A stretch of 64,000 bases of DNA from Candidatus Longimicrobiales bacterium M2_2A_002 (GCA_051418035.1 JBPRGE010000058.1:11135-75134); one strand, 5' to 3'. Shown: positions 45,418 to 55,183, counted from the first letter of the stretch. Made by a program: numbers and translations. The notes: generated by a model from the letters alone, not told the origin.

Positions 45418-46539
45418 ATGACCTCGACCGTCCGGTTCTTCCGCCAGTACCTCCGTCCCCGCGCGGCGTCCGTCGCCCGTGAGGATACCGTGTACCGGCG
45501 GGGCGACGACGAGCTGCCCGCCTCGCTGTACCGGCCGGCCCGGGCCATGGGCGGCGCTGGCGCCGCGGACCGGGTGCTGCCCGGCTGGGTGGCGCTCCAC
45601 GGCCTCACGTACCGGGGTCGCCAGCACGAGTCGCTGGACGCGTTCGCCCGGGCGCTGGCCGCTTCCGGGGCCGCGGTCCTGGTCCCGGACGTGCCCGAGT
45701 GGCGTGGCCTCCGGGTCGCACCCGGGACCACGGTGGCCACGATCCGGGCGGCGGTGATTGAGCTGGACGGCCGACCGTTCACGGCTCCGGGCCGGGTCGG
45801 CGTCATAGGCTTCTCCTTCGGTGGAACCCAGGCGCTCATGGCGTCCACCGCCGGCGACCTCGACGGGCGCCTGGCGGCGGTGGCCTCGTGGGGCGGATAC
45901 GCCGGACTCCACCGCACGCTCCGGTTCGCGTTCCTCGGACGCCACGAGCTGGACGGCGAGACGTACCGGCACGAGCCGGATCCCTACGGTCGCTGGATCT
46001 TCACCGCCAACTACCTGACGCAGGTCGAGGAGCACGCCGACCGGGGCCCCGCCGCGTCCGCGCTGCTCTGGCTGGCCCGGGAGGTGGGTCGCAGGCAGAT
46101 TCGCGCCTGGCAGCCCGAGACCGACCCGCTGAAGGAAGAGGCCGGATCGCGTCTCGGGCCCGCCGACCGTGACCTGTTCGACCTCGTGGCACCGGGGACC
46201 GGTGTGGAGCCGATCCCTTCGGACCTGCAGCGGCTCGGAGTGCTGGCCGACCGGCTGGCCGATGCCGCCCTCGAGACGGACCCGCTCCTCGACCCCGGAC
46301 CCTACCTGTCGCGCGTGCCGGTGCCGGTCTTTCTGGCCCACGGCCGGGGTGACCGCCTCATCCCCTGGACGGAGCTGACCCGGCTCCGCCGCGCGCTGTC
46401 CGACGACCGCGTGCGCCATTCGCTGGTGACGCGGCTGTTCGCGCACTCGTTCCGGGACCGCCGGCTCCCTGCGCCGGGCGTGGTGGTCGAAGCGGTCCGG
46501 TTCGTACGGGCCGTCAGTCGGATGCTCCGTCTGATCTGA
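45418..46539 (+). CDS. alpha/beta hydrolase
   Basis: 373 aa. Nucleophile elbow VIGFSFGG. Late motif FLAHGRGDRLIP. Confidence 0.7.
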   Translation: MTSTVRFFRQYLRPRAASVAREDTVYRRGDDELPASLYRPARAMGGAGAADRVLPGWVALHGLTYRGRQHESLDAFARALAASGAAVLVPDVPEWRGLRVAPGTTVATIRAAVIELDGRPFTAPGRVGVIGFSFGGTQALMASTAGDLDGRLAAVASWGGYAGLHRTLRFAFLGRHELDGETYRHEPDPYGRWIFTANYLTQVEEHADRGPAASALLWLAREVGRRQIRAWQPETDPLKEEAGSRLGPADRDLFDLVAPGTGVEPIPSDLQRLGVLADRLADAALETDPLLDPGPYLSRVPVPVFLAHGRGDRLIPWTELTRLRRALSDDRVRHSLVTRLFAHSFRDRRLPAPGVVVEAVRFVRAVSRMLRLI

Positions 46540-47554
46540 GCTCCCGGATCGTCTCGATCGCCTGCCGGACCCGGTCCATGACCCACCGGGTGGCCTCGGG
46601 GTCGCCGGGCTCGACGCTGAGCTGGCCGGGCCCCAGGGCGAGGGTGACCCGCGCCATCGCATGGTGGCCGCCGCCCGCACCGGGCTCTTCCGCCAGCTCT
46701 CGGGCCAGCGCGCCGGCGCCGGTCGTGCCGCCCACCCGCCGGATGTTCATGGCCAGCCGGTCCTCGACCAGTCCCGCCGCGGCCGACCAGCTCACCCCCT
46801 GGATCGTCAGCAGGAAGTCCGCCAGCGTGGGCAGCACATGCGACGACGGGTCGTCCAGCCGCCCGGCGTACGCCACTGCCACGTGCCCGTCCACCTCCAG
46901 CCCGGCGACCGCCCGGCCCAGCGCGCGGATCCCCCGCTCGGAGAACGCGGGCCGGCCGATCTTCCGGAGCAGCTCATGGTCGGCGATCCCCTGCAGGAAG
47001 GCGTACGCCTCCACGTCCTCGGGCGTGGTGCCCCGGCGGAGGAGGTCCGTGTCCGTCCGGATCCCGTAGAGGAGCGCCGTCGCCAGCCTCGGCGTGACCA
47101 GCCCCTCACCCGTCGCCCGGAGGTACTGGGTCACCATGGTCGCGGCAGCGCCCATGAGCGGCCGGATGTCGGTGAAGTCGGCGGTCCACCCCTTCCGCAC
47201 GGGGTGGTGGTCGATGACCGCATAGCGGGTCCGGACCTCCGACTCCGACGGCTCGGGCTGCGTGTCCACCGCGATCACCTTCTTCAACCCGTTCAGCTCT
47301 GTCGGGCTGACGCGCACGACCTGGAGCCCCAGCATCTCCGCCATCCGCCGGTTCTCCGGTCGCGTGACTTCGCCCAGGCTGATGATCGGGGTCGCCTCCT
47401 CCTCCCGGTGAAGAAGTCGCCGCAGCCCCATGGCACTCGCCATCCCGTCGGGGTCGGGGTCCCGCTGCACGAGGATCGGCAGGACCTCGACCCCCTCGGC
47501 AAAGGCCTGGAGCTCGCGGACTCGCTCTGGATTGGCGTCGTCGCCGTTGGTCAT
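46514..47554 (-). CDS. DHH/DHHA1-family phosphoesterase (second NrnA-like paralogue)
   Basis: Motifs RDPDPDGMAS, AVDTQP, VIDHHP, GGGHHAMA. The ATG overlaps the upstream stop (ATGA). The 3' end overlaps the convergent hydrolase gene by 26 bp. Confidence 0.8.
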   Translation of the reverse strand: MTNGDDANPERVRELQAFAEGVEVLPILVQRDPDPDGMASAMGLRRLLHREEEATPIISLGEVTRPENRRMAEMLGLQVVRVSPTELNGLKKVIAVDTQPEPSESEVRTRYAVIDHHPVRKGWTADFTDIRPLMGAAATMVTQYLRATGEGLVTPRLATALLYGIRTDTDLLRRGTTPEDVEAYAFLQGIADHELLRKIGRPAFSERGIRALGRAVAGLEVDGHVAVAYAGRLDDPSSHVLPTLADFLLTIQGVSWSAAAGLVEDRLAMNIRRVGGTTGAGALARELAEEPGAGGGHHAMARVTLALGPGQLSVEPGDPEATRWVMDRVRQAIETIRELRSDGASD

Positions 47555-48540
47555 CGGCAGGCGGGGTACCCGGTCGTCTCGGTGAGGATGGTCACCCGCC
47601 CGGCGACCAGCGAGCCGAACACGCCGGTGCCATCCCCTGTGATGCTGGGGACCCGAACCTGGCCCGATGGGTTGAAGGTTCCGCCCCGGACCCAGTTCAC
47701 GTAGTTCTGATCCCCGGCCGCAATTAGGATGTCGGCCGCGGCCCCGGTCGGCAATCCCTGCTGCAGCGCGAGCGCCACGTCCCGGTCCAGCGTGAACCGG
47801 TCGAACACCCCGAGCTCGTTCGGGAAAACGAGGGTCGTATCGGCCTGCCCGACGGCCAGTCCCGTGAGGTCCAGCTCGTCCGGCGGATCGGCGATCCCTC
47901 GGGCCGCCAGCCCGTCGGCGAGCCCCGTGAACGCCGCCTCGATGATGTACGACCGTGCGCCCTCCGACTGCGTCCAGATCAGCTCCAGCCGCTCGTCGGC
48001 CTGGATCACGCAGCTGTCGGCCGCAGGCTCGCGCAGTCCGCCGCCGGTGTCGGGCTGCCGCAGCGCGAAGTCACCCGGGAGGGTGGTGGTCCCCGAGAGA
48101 TCCAGGCCACCGGCCGTCGTCACCTGCAGCGTGTACGTGCGGCCGGGCTCCGGGGAGAGCAGCCCCATGTAGCAGGTGCCGATCCCATCGCCGGACAGCT
48201 GGTCGGAAACGGCACAGACGCTGGCATTGTCGGTCGGGCTGAACTCGACCCGGATCTCTCGGTCGGACCCGATCGGACCGGTAACCACCACGGTCGCACC
48301 ATCCACCTCGAGCGACCCGCTCCCCCGGGGCAGCGTCCGGTAGAGGAACACCTCCTGGACCCCGGCGTGCGCCCGCAGGTACCCCTCCACCACGATCACG
48401 TCCTCCGGCTCGATCTCCACCGACGACGTCAGGTCGCATGCAGTTCCCGTTCCGGCGACGCTTGCCGCGACGAGCGCGCCCACCAGCACGCGCCGACCCG
48501 GCCGGTGCCACCGTAGCCGGCCTCCCTGCCGCGCGCCCAT
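47551..48540 (-). CDS. lipoprotein, DUF4249-like (family call tentative)
   Basis: ORF 47551..48699 with the start moved to ATG 48540, which overlaps the receptor stop by 1 nt. Lipobox-like VAGTGTAC. Its position right after a CarboxypepD_reg TonB receptor is typical for DUF4249. Confidence 0.7.
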   Translation of the reverse strand: MGARQGGRLRWHRPGRRVLVGALVAASVAGTGTACDLTSSVEIEPEDVIVVEGYLRAHAGVQEVFLYRTLPRGSGSLEVDGATVVVTGPIGSDREIRVEFSPTDNASVCAVSDQLSGDGIGTCYMGLLSPEPGRTYTLQVTTAGGLDLSGTTTLPGDFALRQPDTGGGLREPAADSCVIQADERLELIWTQSEGARSYIIEAAFTGLADGLAARGIADPPDELDLTGLAVGQADTTLVFPNELGVFDRFTLDRDVALALQQGLPTGAAADILIAAGDQNYVNWVRGGTFNPSGQVRVPSITGDGTGVFGSLVAGRVTILTETTGYPACR

Positions 48541-50861
48541 CAGAAGCGGACCTCGACGCCGAACGTGGGGACCACCGGGAGCATGGAGATCCGCGTGCGG
48601 ACCGGCGGATCCTCGTCGTATTCGTAGAAGTAGAAGAGCACGTTGTCGCGGCGGTTGTAGACGTTCAGCAGGTCGAGGAACGGCGTGAGCGTCCCCCACG
48701 ACTTCTCGTACCGCTTCCGGAAGCTGATGTCGAGCCGGTGGTACGACGGGTAGCGCTCGGCGTTCCGGTCGCCGAGCACGACAGCCGTCTGCAGCTCGTC
48801 TTCGTCCTGGGGCCTCAGCTGCCCATCGGCGATCTCGTACGACCAGACGGGGTAGGCGCCCACCGGTCGGGTGAACGGGAGCCCGCTCCCGAAGTTGAAC
48901 CGGAGCCCGGCCTGGATCCCTCCGGGGAACGGGGCCCGGAGCACGAGGTCCACATCCACCCGCCGGTCGTAGATCGGCGGATAGCTCACCGTGTCCGCCT
49001 CGGGCGTGAGCGGGTCCGGGAAGCTCCGCCGGGCCCGGAGCAGCGAGATCGTGACCCAGCCATCGACGCGCCGGTCCTCGGCCGGCTCCCGCCGGATCAG
49101 GAGGTCCAGCCCGTACGACGCGCCGGAGCCGACCAGGAAATCGTCCTCCGGGTCGTTCGGGTCGTCCGCGTTGTTCGTGGCGATCACGCCATCGAAGGTG
49201 CGGTAGTACGCCTCGGCGCTGCCACTCCAGCCGCCCCGGAACGCCTCGATCCCGACCTGCGCCTGGTCGGACACCACCACCGGCGCCCGTTCACCGGCCG
49301 TGACCCAGAGGTCGATCCCGATGGGGACCTCCTCGTCCCGGAGCGAGTGCAGCGCCTGGGTGTAGCGACCCGCAGCGAGCTTGACGGCCAGGTCGTCGCC
49401 GAAGAACCGCTTGACGGAGAGGCGCGGCGCGGGCTCCACGAACGGGTCGGTGGACTCCGGGTCCCAGACGTCGAGCCGCCCGCCGAGCTCCAGCCGCCAG
49501 GCCGCGCTCTCCCACGTCAGCTCCGCGTAGGACGCGGCGAGCCAGCCCCGGTCATCGCCCTGCTGGAAGACCGTGCCGCCGGCCTCGAACCGGTTGTCGT
49601 ACTCGAGTCGCACCAGCTCGCCGCCGAGCCCCAGCCGGGCGCTGCCGAGCCCGAAGCCGAGGTCCAGTGCGCCGCGGGTGTCGGCGATCCGGCTCCCGAT
49701 CCGGGTGTCCTCGAAGTCCGGGAACCGGATCTCCGTGTCGAACGCCGACGACGAGACCCGCCCGTCCACCGTCAGCCCCGCCAGCAGCCCGCGCCAGCGG
49801 ACCCCCAGGACGTCGTTCCCCCAGTCCAGCCGGAGCTGGAGCGGGAAGTCGTCGGAAGCCGACAGGTCCAGGATGTCCGCGCCGGCGTACCCGGTGACCG
49901 TCCACACTCCGTTCCGGGTCCACACCTCCGCCACGCCCTGGACGTCGGTCAGGTGGTACGGGAAATCGAAGAACGGGCTCAGGATCACGTCGAAGTAGGA
50001 ACGCCGGAACGAGAGCCGACCGTTCACGGGGCCCACGCCGAGTCCATCGGTCAGGTCGCGGGGCAGTCCGCCGGAGATGGCGGCCCGGGACGCGAGCAGC
50101 GACACACCGGCATCCACGGCGAACGAGCCGTCGCCCGCGTCCGTCCGGACGTCCAGCACCGAGGAGACCCGCCCCCCGTACCGTGCCGGGAACCCGCCCG
50201 CCATCAGCTCCGCCCGCTCCACCATGTCGGCGTTGAACACGCTGAACAGCCCGCCCAGGTGGAACGGGTTGTAGATCGGGATCCCGTCCAGGAGGATCAG
50301 GTTCTGGTCCGCCGCGCCGCCCCGGACGTTGAACGCGGCCGAGAAGTCCGACGTGGAGACCACGCCGGGCAGGACCTCCACCGCGCGGAGCACGTCCGCC
50401 TCGGCCAGCCCGGGCAGCTGCTGGATGTCCGCACCGGCCAGCTCCACCACGGTGGCCCCGACGTCCTCCTCGAATCGGGCCCGCTGCCGCCGAGCCCGGA
50501 CCCGGATCTCCTCCAGCTGCACCGCCGACGCCGCCAGCTCGAGCTCGACCCGGGTCGCACGGCCGGCCTCCACGGCCACGTCACGGACCGTCTCCGCGTA
50601 GCCGAGGGCACGGGCCCCGACCCGATACGCCCCGGGGGCCAGCTCCGGGAAGCGGAACAGCCCGCGGGCATCGGACACGCCGCGCCGCACCACCGCGCCG
50701 TCCCGGACGACCGTGACCTCCGCGGCCACCACCGCCACGCCCTCATCCGTGCGTACCTCGCCCACGATCGAGCCGGCCTGCGCGGCGATCGGCCCGGCAC
50801 CGGCCATTGCCAGTGCCGCGGCCATCAGCGCCCTCCTCACCTCGCGGCCCCACCCGATCAT
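48540..50861 (-). CDS. TonB-dependent receptor with N-terminal carboxypeptidase-regulatory-like domain
   Basis: ORF 48540..51188 with the start at ATG 50861 (signal peptide ...ALMAAALAMAGAGPIAAQA). An alternative ATG at 50825 has a strong GAGGAGG. CarboxypepD_reg part: GSIVGEVRTDEG...DARGLFRFPELAPGAYRV. Plug: FNVRGGAADQNLILLDGIPIYNPFH. Ends ...FGVEVRF. Confidence 0.85.
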   Translation of the reverse strand: MIGWGREVRRALMAAALAMAGAGPIAAQAGSIVGEVRTDEGVAVVAAEVTVVRDGAVVRRGVSDARGLFRFPELAPGAYRVGARALGYAETVRDVAVEAGRATRVELELAASAVQLEEIRVRARRQRARFEEDVGATVVELAGADIQQLPGLAEADVLRAVEVLPGVVSTSDFSAAFNVRGGAADQNLILLDGIPIYNPFHLGGLFSVFNADMVERAELMAGGFPARYGGRVSSVLDVRTDAGDGSFAVDAGVSLLASRAAISGGLPRDLTDGLGVGPVNGRLSFRRSYFDVILSPFFDFPYHLTDVQGVAEVWTRNGVWTVTGYAGADILDLSASDDFPLQLRLDWGNDVLGVRWRGLLAGLTVDGRVSSSAFDTEIRFPDFEDTRIGSRIADTRGALDLGFGLGSARLGLGGELVRLEYDNRFEAGGTVFQQGDDRGWLAASYAELTWESAAWRLELGGRLDVWDPESTDPFVEPAPRLSVKRFFGDDLAVKLAAGRYTQALHSLRDEEVPIGIDLWVTAGERAPVVVSDQAQVGIEAFRGGWSGSAEAYYRTFDGVIATNNADDPNDPEDDFLVGSGASYGLDLLIRREPAEDRRVDGWVTISLLRARRSFPDPLTPEADTVSYPPIYDRRVDVDLVLRAPFPGGIQAGLRFNFGSGLPFTRPVGAYPVWSYEIADGQLRPQDEDELQTAVVLGDRNAERYPSYHRLDISFRKRYEKSWGTLTPFLDLLNVYNRRDNVLFYFYEYDEDPPVRTRISMLPVVPTFGVEVRF

Positions 50862-50963
50862 TCGCGTCCACCGTCCGCGGTTTCGGTTCACCGGTCCCCG
50901 AGCACCCCATACCCGGACACCGGGCCCACGTGCCATCACAGGCCGATCACCCATATTGGAGGC

Positions 50964-51287
50964 ATGCGAACCCGTACGGAGCTCGTCCTGCGCTGGACCG
51001 CGGCCACCGCCGCGATCCTCACTCTGGCCGCCCTCGGGGCCGCCGCCGCGGGCCTCGGCGCGGCGGCGTGGGCCATGCTCGGCCTGATCTACGTAACCGG
51101 CGTCAGCTACGGCCTGAGCGAGATGGTCCGCCTCTTCCAGCGGCACAAGCGCCGCTGCCGGGACTGCCTCGAGGGGGCCGGACCCCACCTCCGGTGGTGG
51201 GCGATCCGGCTGCTCCTCGTCCTCCTGGCCGCCGCCCTCCCCGCCCTCCTGATCCTGCCCCTCTTCTCCAGCTTACGCGGCGGGTGA
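50964..51287 (+). CDS. small membrane protein, unknown function
   Basis: ATG 50964 is preceded by GGAGG. About 3 TM segments. This is the tail of the otherwise spurious ORF 48438..51287. Confidence 0.5.
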   Translation: MRTRTELVLRWTAATAAILTLAALGAAAAGLGAAAWAMLGLIYVTGVSYGLSEMVRLFQRHKRRCRDCLEGAGPHLRWWAIRLLLVLLAAALPALLILPLFSSLRGG

Positions 51288-51358
51288 CGGCCCGAGCCCG
51301 CGTTGCGGCGGGAACGAGGCGCCCCGACCGGGCCGTTGTCCGCGCCCCCGGAGATCGG

Positions 51359-51386
51359 CGCCGCCGGTCCACCCCTCGACCGGCGG
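51359..51386 (+). terminator. 10-bp perfect hairpin gccgccggtc-N8-gaccggcggc
   Basis: Read directly. It lies 72 nt after the small membrane gene. No U-tract follows. Confidence 0.35.
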
Positions 51387-51438
51387 CGGGCAGAGGCCTA
51401 TCTTTCGAGGCTAGGCGAAGTCCACCGTTCCGAGCTCC

Positions 51439-53121
51439 GTGAGCATCCCTTCCTTCCTGCGACGCCTGTGGCCCGGCCGCCGAGGCGAAGCCCCGAGCAC
51501 CTCCGACGCCCTCGAGCTCTCTCGAGAGCGTTTCGAGCGTATCGTGGAGATCGCCGCCGACGCCATCATCTCCGTCGACGAGGATCACTCGATCATCCTG
51601 TTCAACCGGGGCGCCGAGGAGATCTTCGGATACGACCGCGACGAGATCCTGGGCCGCTCGCTCGACCTCCTGCTCCCGCCCCGGTTCCGGCTGCACCACG
51701 CCGCGCACCTCGACCGCTTCGCCGACGGTCCCGAGGCGGCCCGCCACATGGGCCAGCGCCGGGAGATCGCCGGGCTCCGGAAGGATGGGCGCGAGTTCCC
51801 CGCCGAAGCCTCCATCTCCCGGCTCGACTCGCCGGACGGCCGCATCCTCACGGTCGTGCTCCGGGATGTCACCGAGCAGAAGAAGGCGGAGCAGACGCAG
51901 CGGTTCCTGGCCAATGCGAGCTCCGTGCTGGGACGGTCGCTGGACTACGAGGACACCATGGCCGGGCTCGCGCGGATCGCGCTGCCGCACCTTGCCGACT
52001 GGTGCGTCATCGATGTCGTCTCCGACGACGGGCTGGTCCGGATCGGGGCGGCGCACGCGGATCCCGACCTGGAGCCGTACGCCGGGACGCTCAGGAACTA
52101 CCCGCCGGATCCGGCCCGGCCCCATCCCACGCTGACCGTCCTGGAGACGGGCGAGACGGAGCTGATCGAGGAGGTCACCGACGAGTTCCTCCGTGGCATC
52201 GCCGCCGACGGGGAGCACCTCGCGGCGATCCGCCGCCTCGGCATCGCCTCCCTCCTCGTCGTCCCGCTGGTGGCCCGCGACCGGACGCTGGGCGCGTTCG
52301 CGCTGGTCTCCAGCGACCCGGCCCGCCCGTTCGCACCCGACGATGTGCTCCTCGCCCAGGAGCTCGGGCGCCGCGCCGCGCTGGCCGTCGACAACGCCCG
52401 GCTCTACCGGGAGGCCCGGGACGCCATCGCCGCCCGGGACGAGGTCCTCGGCGTGGTCTCCCACGACCTCGGCAACCCGCTCAGCGCGATCCGGGTGGCC
52501 GCGCGAGTCATGGACCGGCTCCTGGAGGGCGGGGGCGTGGAGGCGGCCCGCGAGCAGGTCGAGTCGGTCCGCCAGGCCGCAGCCCAGATGGAGCGGCTGA
52601 TCCGCGACCTCCTGGAGATCCGCCGGATCGAGTCCGGCCGGCTCCGGCTCGTCCGGCGCCCCGAGCAGGTCTCCGAGCTCGTCGACCAGGCCACCCGCTC
52701 CATGCGCGGGCTCGCCCGTGAGCGGGAGGTGCGCCTCGAGCGGTCGCTCACCGACGGGCTGCCGAAGCTGATCCGCGTCGACGCCGATCGGGTCCACCAG
52801 ATCTTCTCCAACTTCATGGGCAACGCGCTGAAGTTCACGCCACCGGGCGGCACCATCACCGTCGGCGCCGAGCCGGCCGGCGAGCACGTGCGCTTCTGGG
52901 TCCGGGACACGGGCCCGGGCATGGCCGAGGAGGATCTGCCCCACGTCTTCGACCGGTTCTGGCAGGCCCGGCAGCAGGGCAGCCACGGGGTCGGTCTCGG
53001 CCTCGCCATCGCCCGGGGCCTGACCGAGGCCCACGGCGGGGAGGTCCGCGTCGAGAGCCGCCCCGGCGAGGGCTGCACCTTCTACTTCGACCTGCCGGCC
53101 GACGGCGCGGCGGACGCATAA
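51439..53121 (+). CDS. PAS-GAF sensor histidine kinase
   Basis: 560 aa, GTG start. PAS region: ERFERIVEIAADAIISVDEDHSIILFNRGAEEIFGY. GAF-like middle. H-box SHDLGNPLSAI. ATPase boxes GNALKFTPPGG, DTGPGM, GVGLGLAIARG. Confidence 0.9.
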   Translation: MSIPSFLRRLWPGRRGEAPSTSDALELSRERFERIVEIAADAIISVDEDHSIILFNRGAEEIFGYDRDEILGRSLDLLLPPRFRLHHAAHLDRFADGPEAARHMGQRREIAGLRKDGREFPAEASISRLDSPDGRILTVVLRDVTEQKKAEQTQRFLANASSVLGRSLDYEDTMAGLARIALPHLADWCVIDVVSDDGLVRIGAAHADPDLEPYAGTLRNYPPDPARPHPTLTVLETGETELIEEVTDEFLRGIAADGEHLAAIRRLGIASLLVVPLVARDRTLGAFALVSSDPARPFAPDDVLLAQELGRRAALAVDNARLYREARDAIAARDEVLGVVSHDLGNPLSAIRVAARVMDRLLEGGGVEAAREQVESVRQAAAQMERLIRDLLEIRRIESGRLRLVRRPEQVSELVDQATRSMRGLAREREVRLERSLTDGLPKLIRVDADRVHQIFSNFMGNALKFTPPGGTITVGAEPAGEHVRFWVRDTGPGMAEEDLPHVFDRFWQARQQGSHGVGLGLAIARGLTEAHGGEVRVESRPGEGCTFYFDLPADGAADA

Positions 53122-53203
53122 TCCCTTCCCACCGGGTGGTGAATCAGCCGGAACCGCACTACATTGGCGGCGAACCAACCGGGAAACTCTTCGGATAGCC
53201 TCG

Positions 53204-53863
53204 ATGCCCAAGAACATCACGATCCTTCTCGCGGACGACCACGGCGTGCTCCGGGCGGGCCTCAAGTCCCTCCTGGACGCGGAGCCCGATCTCCAGGTGG
53301 TCGGCGAGGCCGATACCGGTGAGGACGCCATCGCGAAGGTCAAGGAGATCGAGCCGGACATCGTGGTCATGGACCTCTCCATGCCCGGGATGGGCGGGAT
53401 GGAGGCGACCCGCCGGATCGCCGCCATGGACAGCCCGACCAAGGTTCTGGTCCTGACCATGCACGCGGAGGAGGAGTTCCTGCTGCCCGTCCTGGACGCC
53501 GGCGGCAGCGGGTTCGTGCGCAAGACCAGCGCCGACGAGGACCTGACCCACGCGATCCGGACGGTGGCCCGCGACGAGGTGTTCCTCTACCCCAGCGCCG
53601 CGAAGCTCCTGCTCGAGCGCTACAAGGACGCCGATGCCGACGAGATGCGCGGTCCGCTCAGCAAGCTCACGGAGCGGGAGCGCGATGTCCTCGCCATGAC
53701 CGCCGAGGGGTTCAGCTCCAGCGAGATCGGCGAGAAGCTCTTCATCAGCCCGAAGACCGTCGACACCTATCGGAGCCGGATCATGGACAAGCTCCAGCTC
53801 CGGCACCGCTCCGAGCTCGTCCGCTTCGCGCTCCAGACCGGGCTCCTCCGCGCCGAGCAGTAG
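53204..53863 (+). CDS. NarL/FixJ (LuxR-type HTH) response regulator
   Basis: Receiver ILLADDH...VVMDLSMPGMGG. HTH LTERERDVLAMTAEGFSSSEIGEKLFISPKTVDTYRSRI. Confidence 0.9.
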   Translation: MPKNITILLADDHGVLRAGLKSLLDAEPDLQVVGEADTGEDAIAKVKEIEPDIVVMDLSMPGMGGMEATRRIAAMDSPTKVLVLTMHAEEEFLLPVLDAGGSGFVRKTSADEDLTHAIRTVARDEVFLYPSAAKLLLERYKDADADEMRGPLSKLTERERDVLAMTAEGFSSSEIGEKLFISPKTVDTYRSRIMDKLQLRHRSELVRFALQTGLLRAEQ

Positions 53864-53870
53864 CCCGCAG

Positions 53871-53886
53871 CCGGCCGCGCGGCCGG
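53871..53886. terminator. perfect 16-bp GC palindrome ccggccgcgcggccgg between convergent genes
   Basis: Read directly. It sits between the response-regulator stop (53863) and the kinase stop (53909). Confidence 0.35.
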
Positions 53887-53908
53887 GGCCCCACGGGGCA
53901 GCGCCGTC

Positions 53909-55006
53909 CTACCTGAAGGGGTCCTCGGGCAGCGACGCGGCCGCGCCCGCCGCCGGCACGGCCGCCCGGACCGTCGTCCCCTGCCCGACCACGCTCTCGA
54001 CCTCGACGCGGCCGCCGACGTACTCGGCCCGTTCCCGCATCCCGAACAGCCCGAGCCCGTGGGTGTCGTCGTGCTGGGCCATCACGGCGTCCACATCGAA
54101 CCCGACGCCGTCATCGGTCACGGTGGCCACGACGACGCCATCGCGCCACTCGAGCCGGACCTGGATCCGGCGCGCGGCGCTGTGCCGAAGCGCATTGGTG
54201 ATCGCCTCCTGGACGATCCGGTAGAGGGCGAGCTCGGCCTCCGGCGACTCCAGCCGACCCACCCCCCCGGTCTGCACCTCCACCGGCGCGACCGCGGCAT
54301 CCGTGATGTGGCGGACGTGGGACTCGATGGCGGGCCCCAGTCCCAGCTCGTCCAGTGCCGGCGGCCGCAGCCCCTGGGCGTAGCGGCGGAGCCCGTCGGC
54401 GGTGTCCGCCAGCTCCTTGCGGATCTCCTCCAGCACGGCGTCCTTCGCCGCCGCGTCATCGAGACCCCGGGCCAGCCGCAGCCGCATGAGGATCGCCGCC
54501 AGCCGCTGTGAGGCGTCGTCGTGGAGCTCGAGCGAGATCCGCCGCCGCTCCTCCTCGGCCGCGTTGAGCGCGCTCGCCGCCACATCCCGGAGCCGGGCCC
54601 GGTAGTCGCCGAGGCGGTCGAGCATGGAGTTCGTCGCCCGCGTCAGTCCCTCCATGTCCCGATCGGCCAGCGGCGATGGCGGGACCCGGGCCTCCACATC
54701 GCCCTCCTGCACCCGGTCCACCGTCCGCTTCAGGAGCCGGAGCGGCTCGAGCGCCAGCTGGATGATCACCGCGTTCACCGCCAGGCTGACCACCGCGCCC
54801 GCCACGGCCACGGCGATCATCGGCGGAATCGACGAGCCCGTGCTGCCCAGGTGCACGGCGAGCCAGGTGGCCAGCAGCGAGAAGACGAGCACGATCACCG
54901 CGTTCGCCGCCAGGATCTTGTAGAAGAGCGGGACCCGGAGCAGCCAGTCGCCGGGCCCCCGCTCGCGGTCGGGTTCCAGCCGGGTTGTCTCGGGATCCGG
55001 GGGCAT
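53909..55006 (-). CDS. HisKA_3-type (NarX/DesK-like) sensor histidine kinase with HAMP-like linker
   Basis: ORF 53909..55057. The start is ATG 55006 or GTG 55057. Two TM segments. H-box ISLELHDDASQRLAA. ATPase region VTDDGVGF...GLGLFGMRERA. Confidence 0.85.
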   Translation of the reverse strand: MPPDPETTRLEPDRERGPGDWLLRVPLFYKILAANAVIVLVFSLLATWLAVHLGSTGSSIPPMIAVAVAGAVVSLAVNAVIIQLALEPLRLLKRTVDRVQEGDVEARVPPSPLADRDMEGLTRATNSMLDRLGDYRARLRDVAASALNAAEEERRRISLELHDDASQRLAAILMRLRLARGLDDAAAKDAVLEEIRKELADTADGLRRYAQGLRPPALDELGLGPAIESHVRHITDAAVAPVEVQTGGVGRLESPEAELALYRIVQEAITNALRHSAARRIQVRLEWRDGVVVATVTDDGVGFDVDAVMAQHDDTHGLGLFGMRERAEYVGGRVEVESVVGQGTTVRAAVPAAGAAASLPEDPFR

Positions 55007-55123
55007 GGGCTGTGGAGGCGGACCTTCGGGGTGGCGCTGCGGCGCGGACGAGCGCACTCCAGCGGTACGGACTCTTTGAACGTAACGGGAACACAGCCCG
55101 CCGTCAGTCAGGCGACTCCCGTG

Positions 55124-55171
55124 CCCGCCGGTGGGGTGTTGCCCCGCAGGACCCCGCTCCCCACCGGCGGG
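55124..55171 (-). terminator. 13-bp perfect-stem hairpin downstream of the amidohydrolase gene
   Basis: cccgccggtgggg (55124-55136) pairs with ccccaccggcggg (55159-55171). The stem starts 13 nt after the stop at 55184. Confidence 0.5.
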
Positions 55172-55183
55172 TCGGCCCGGGCC

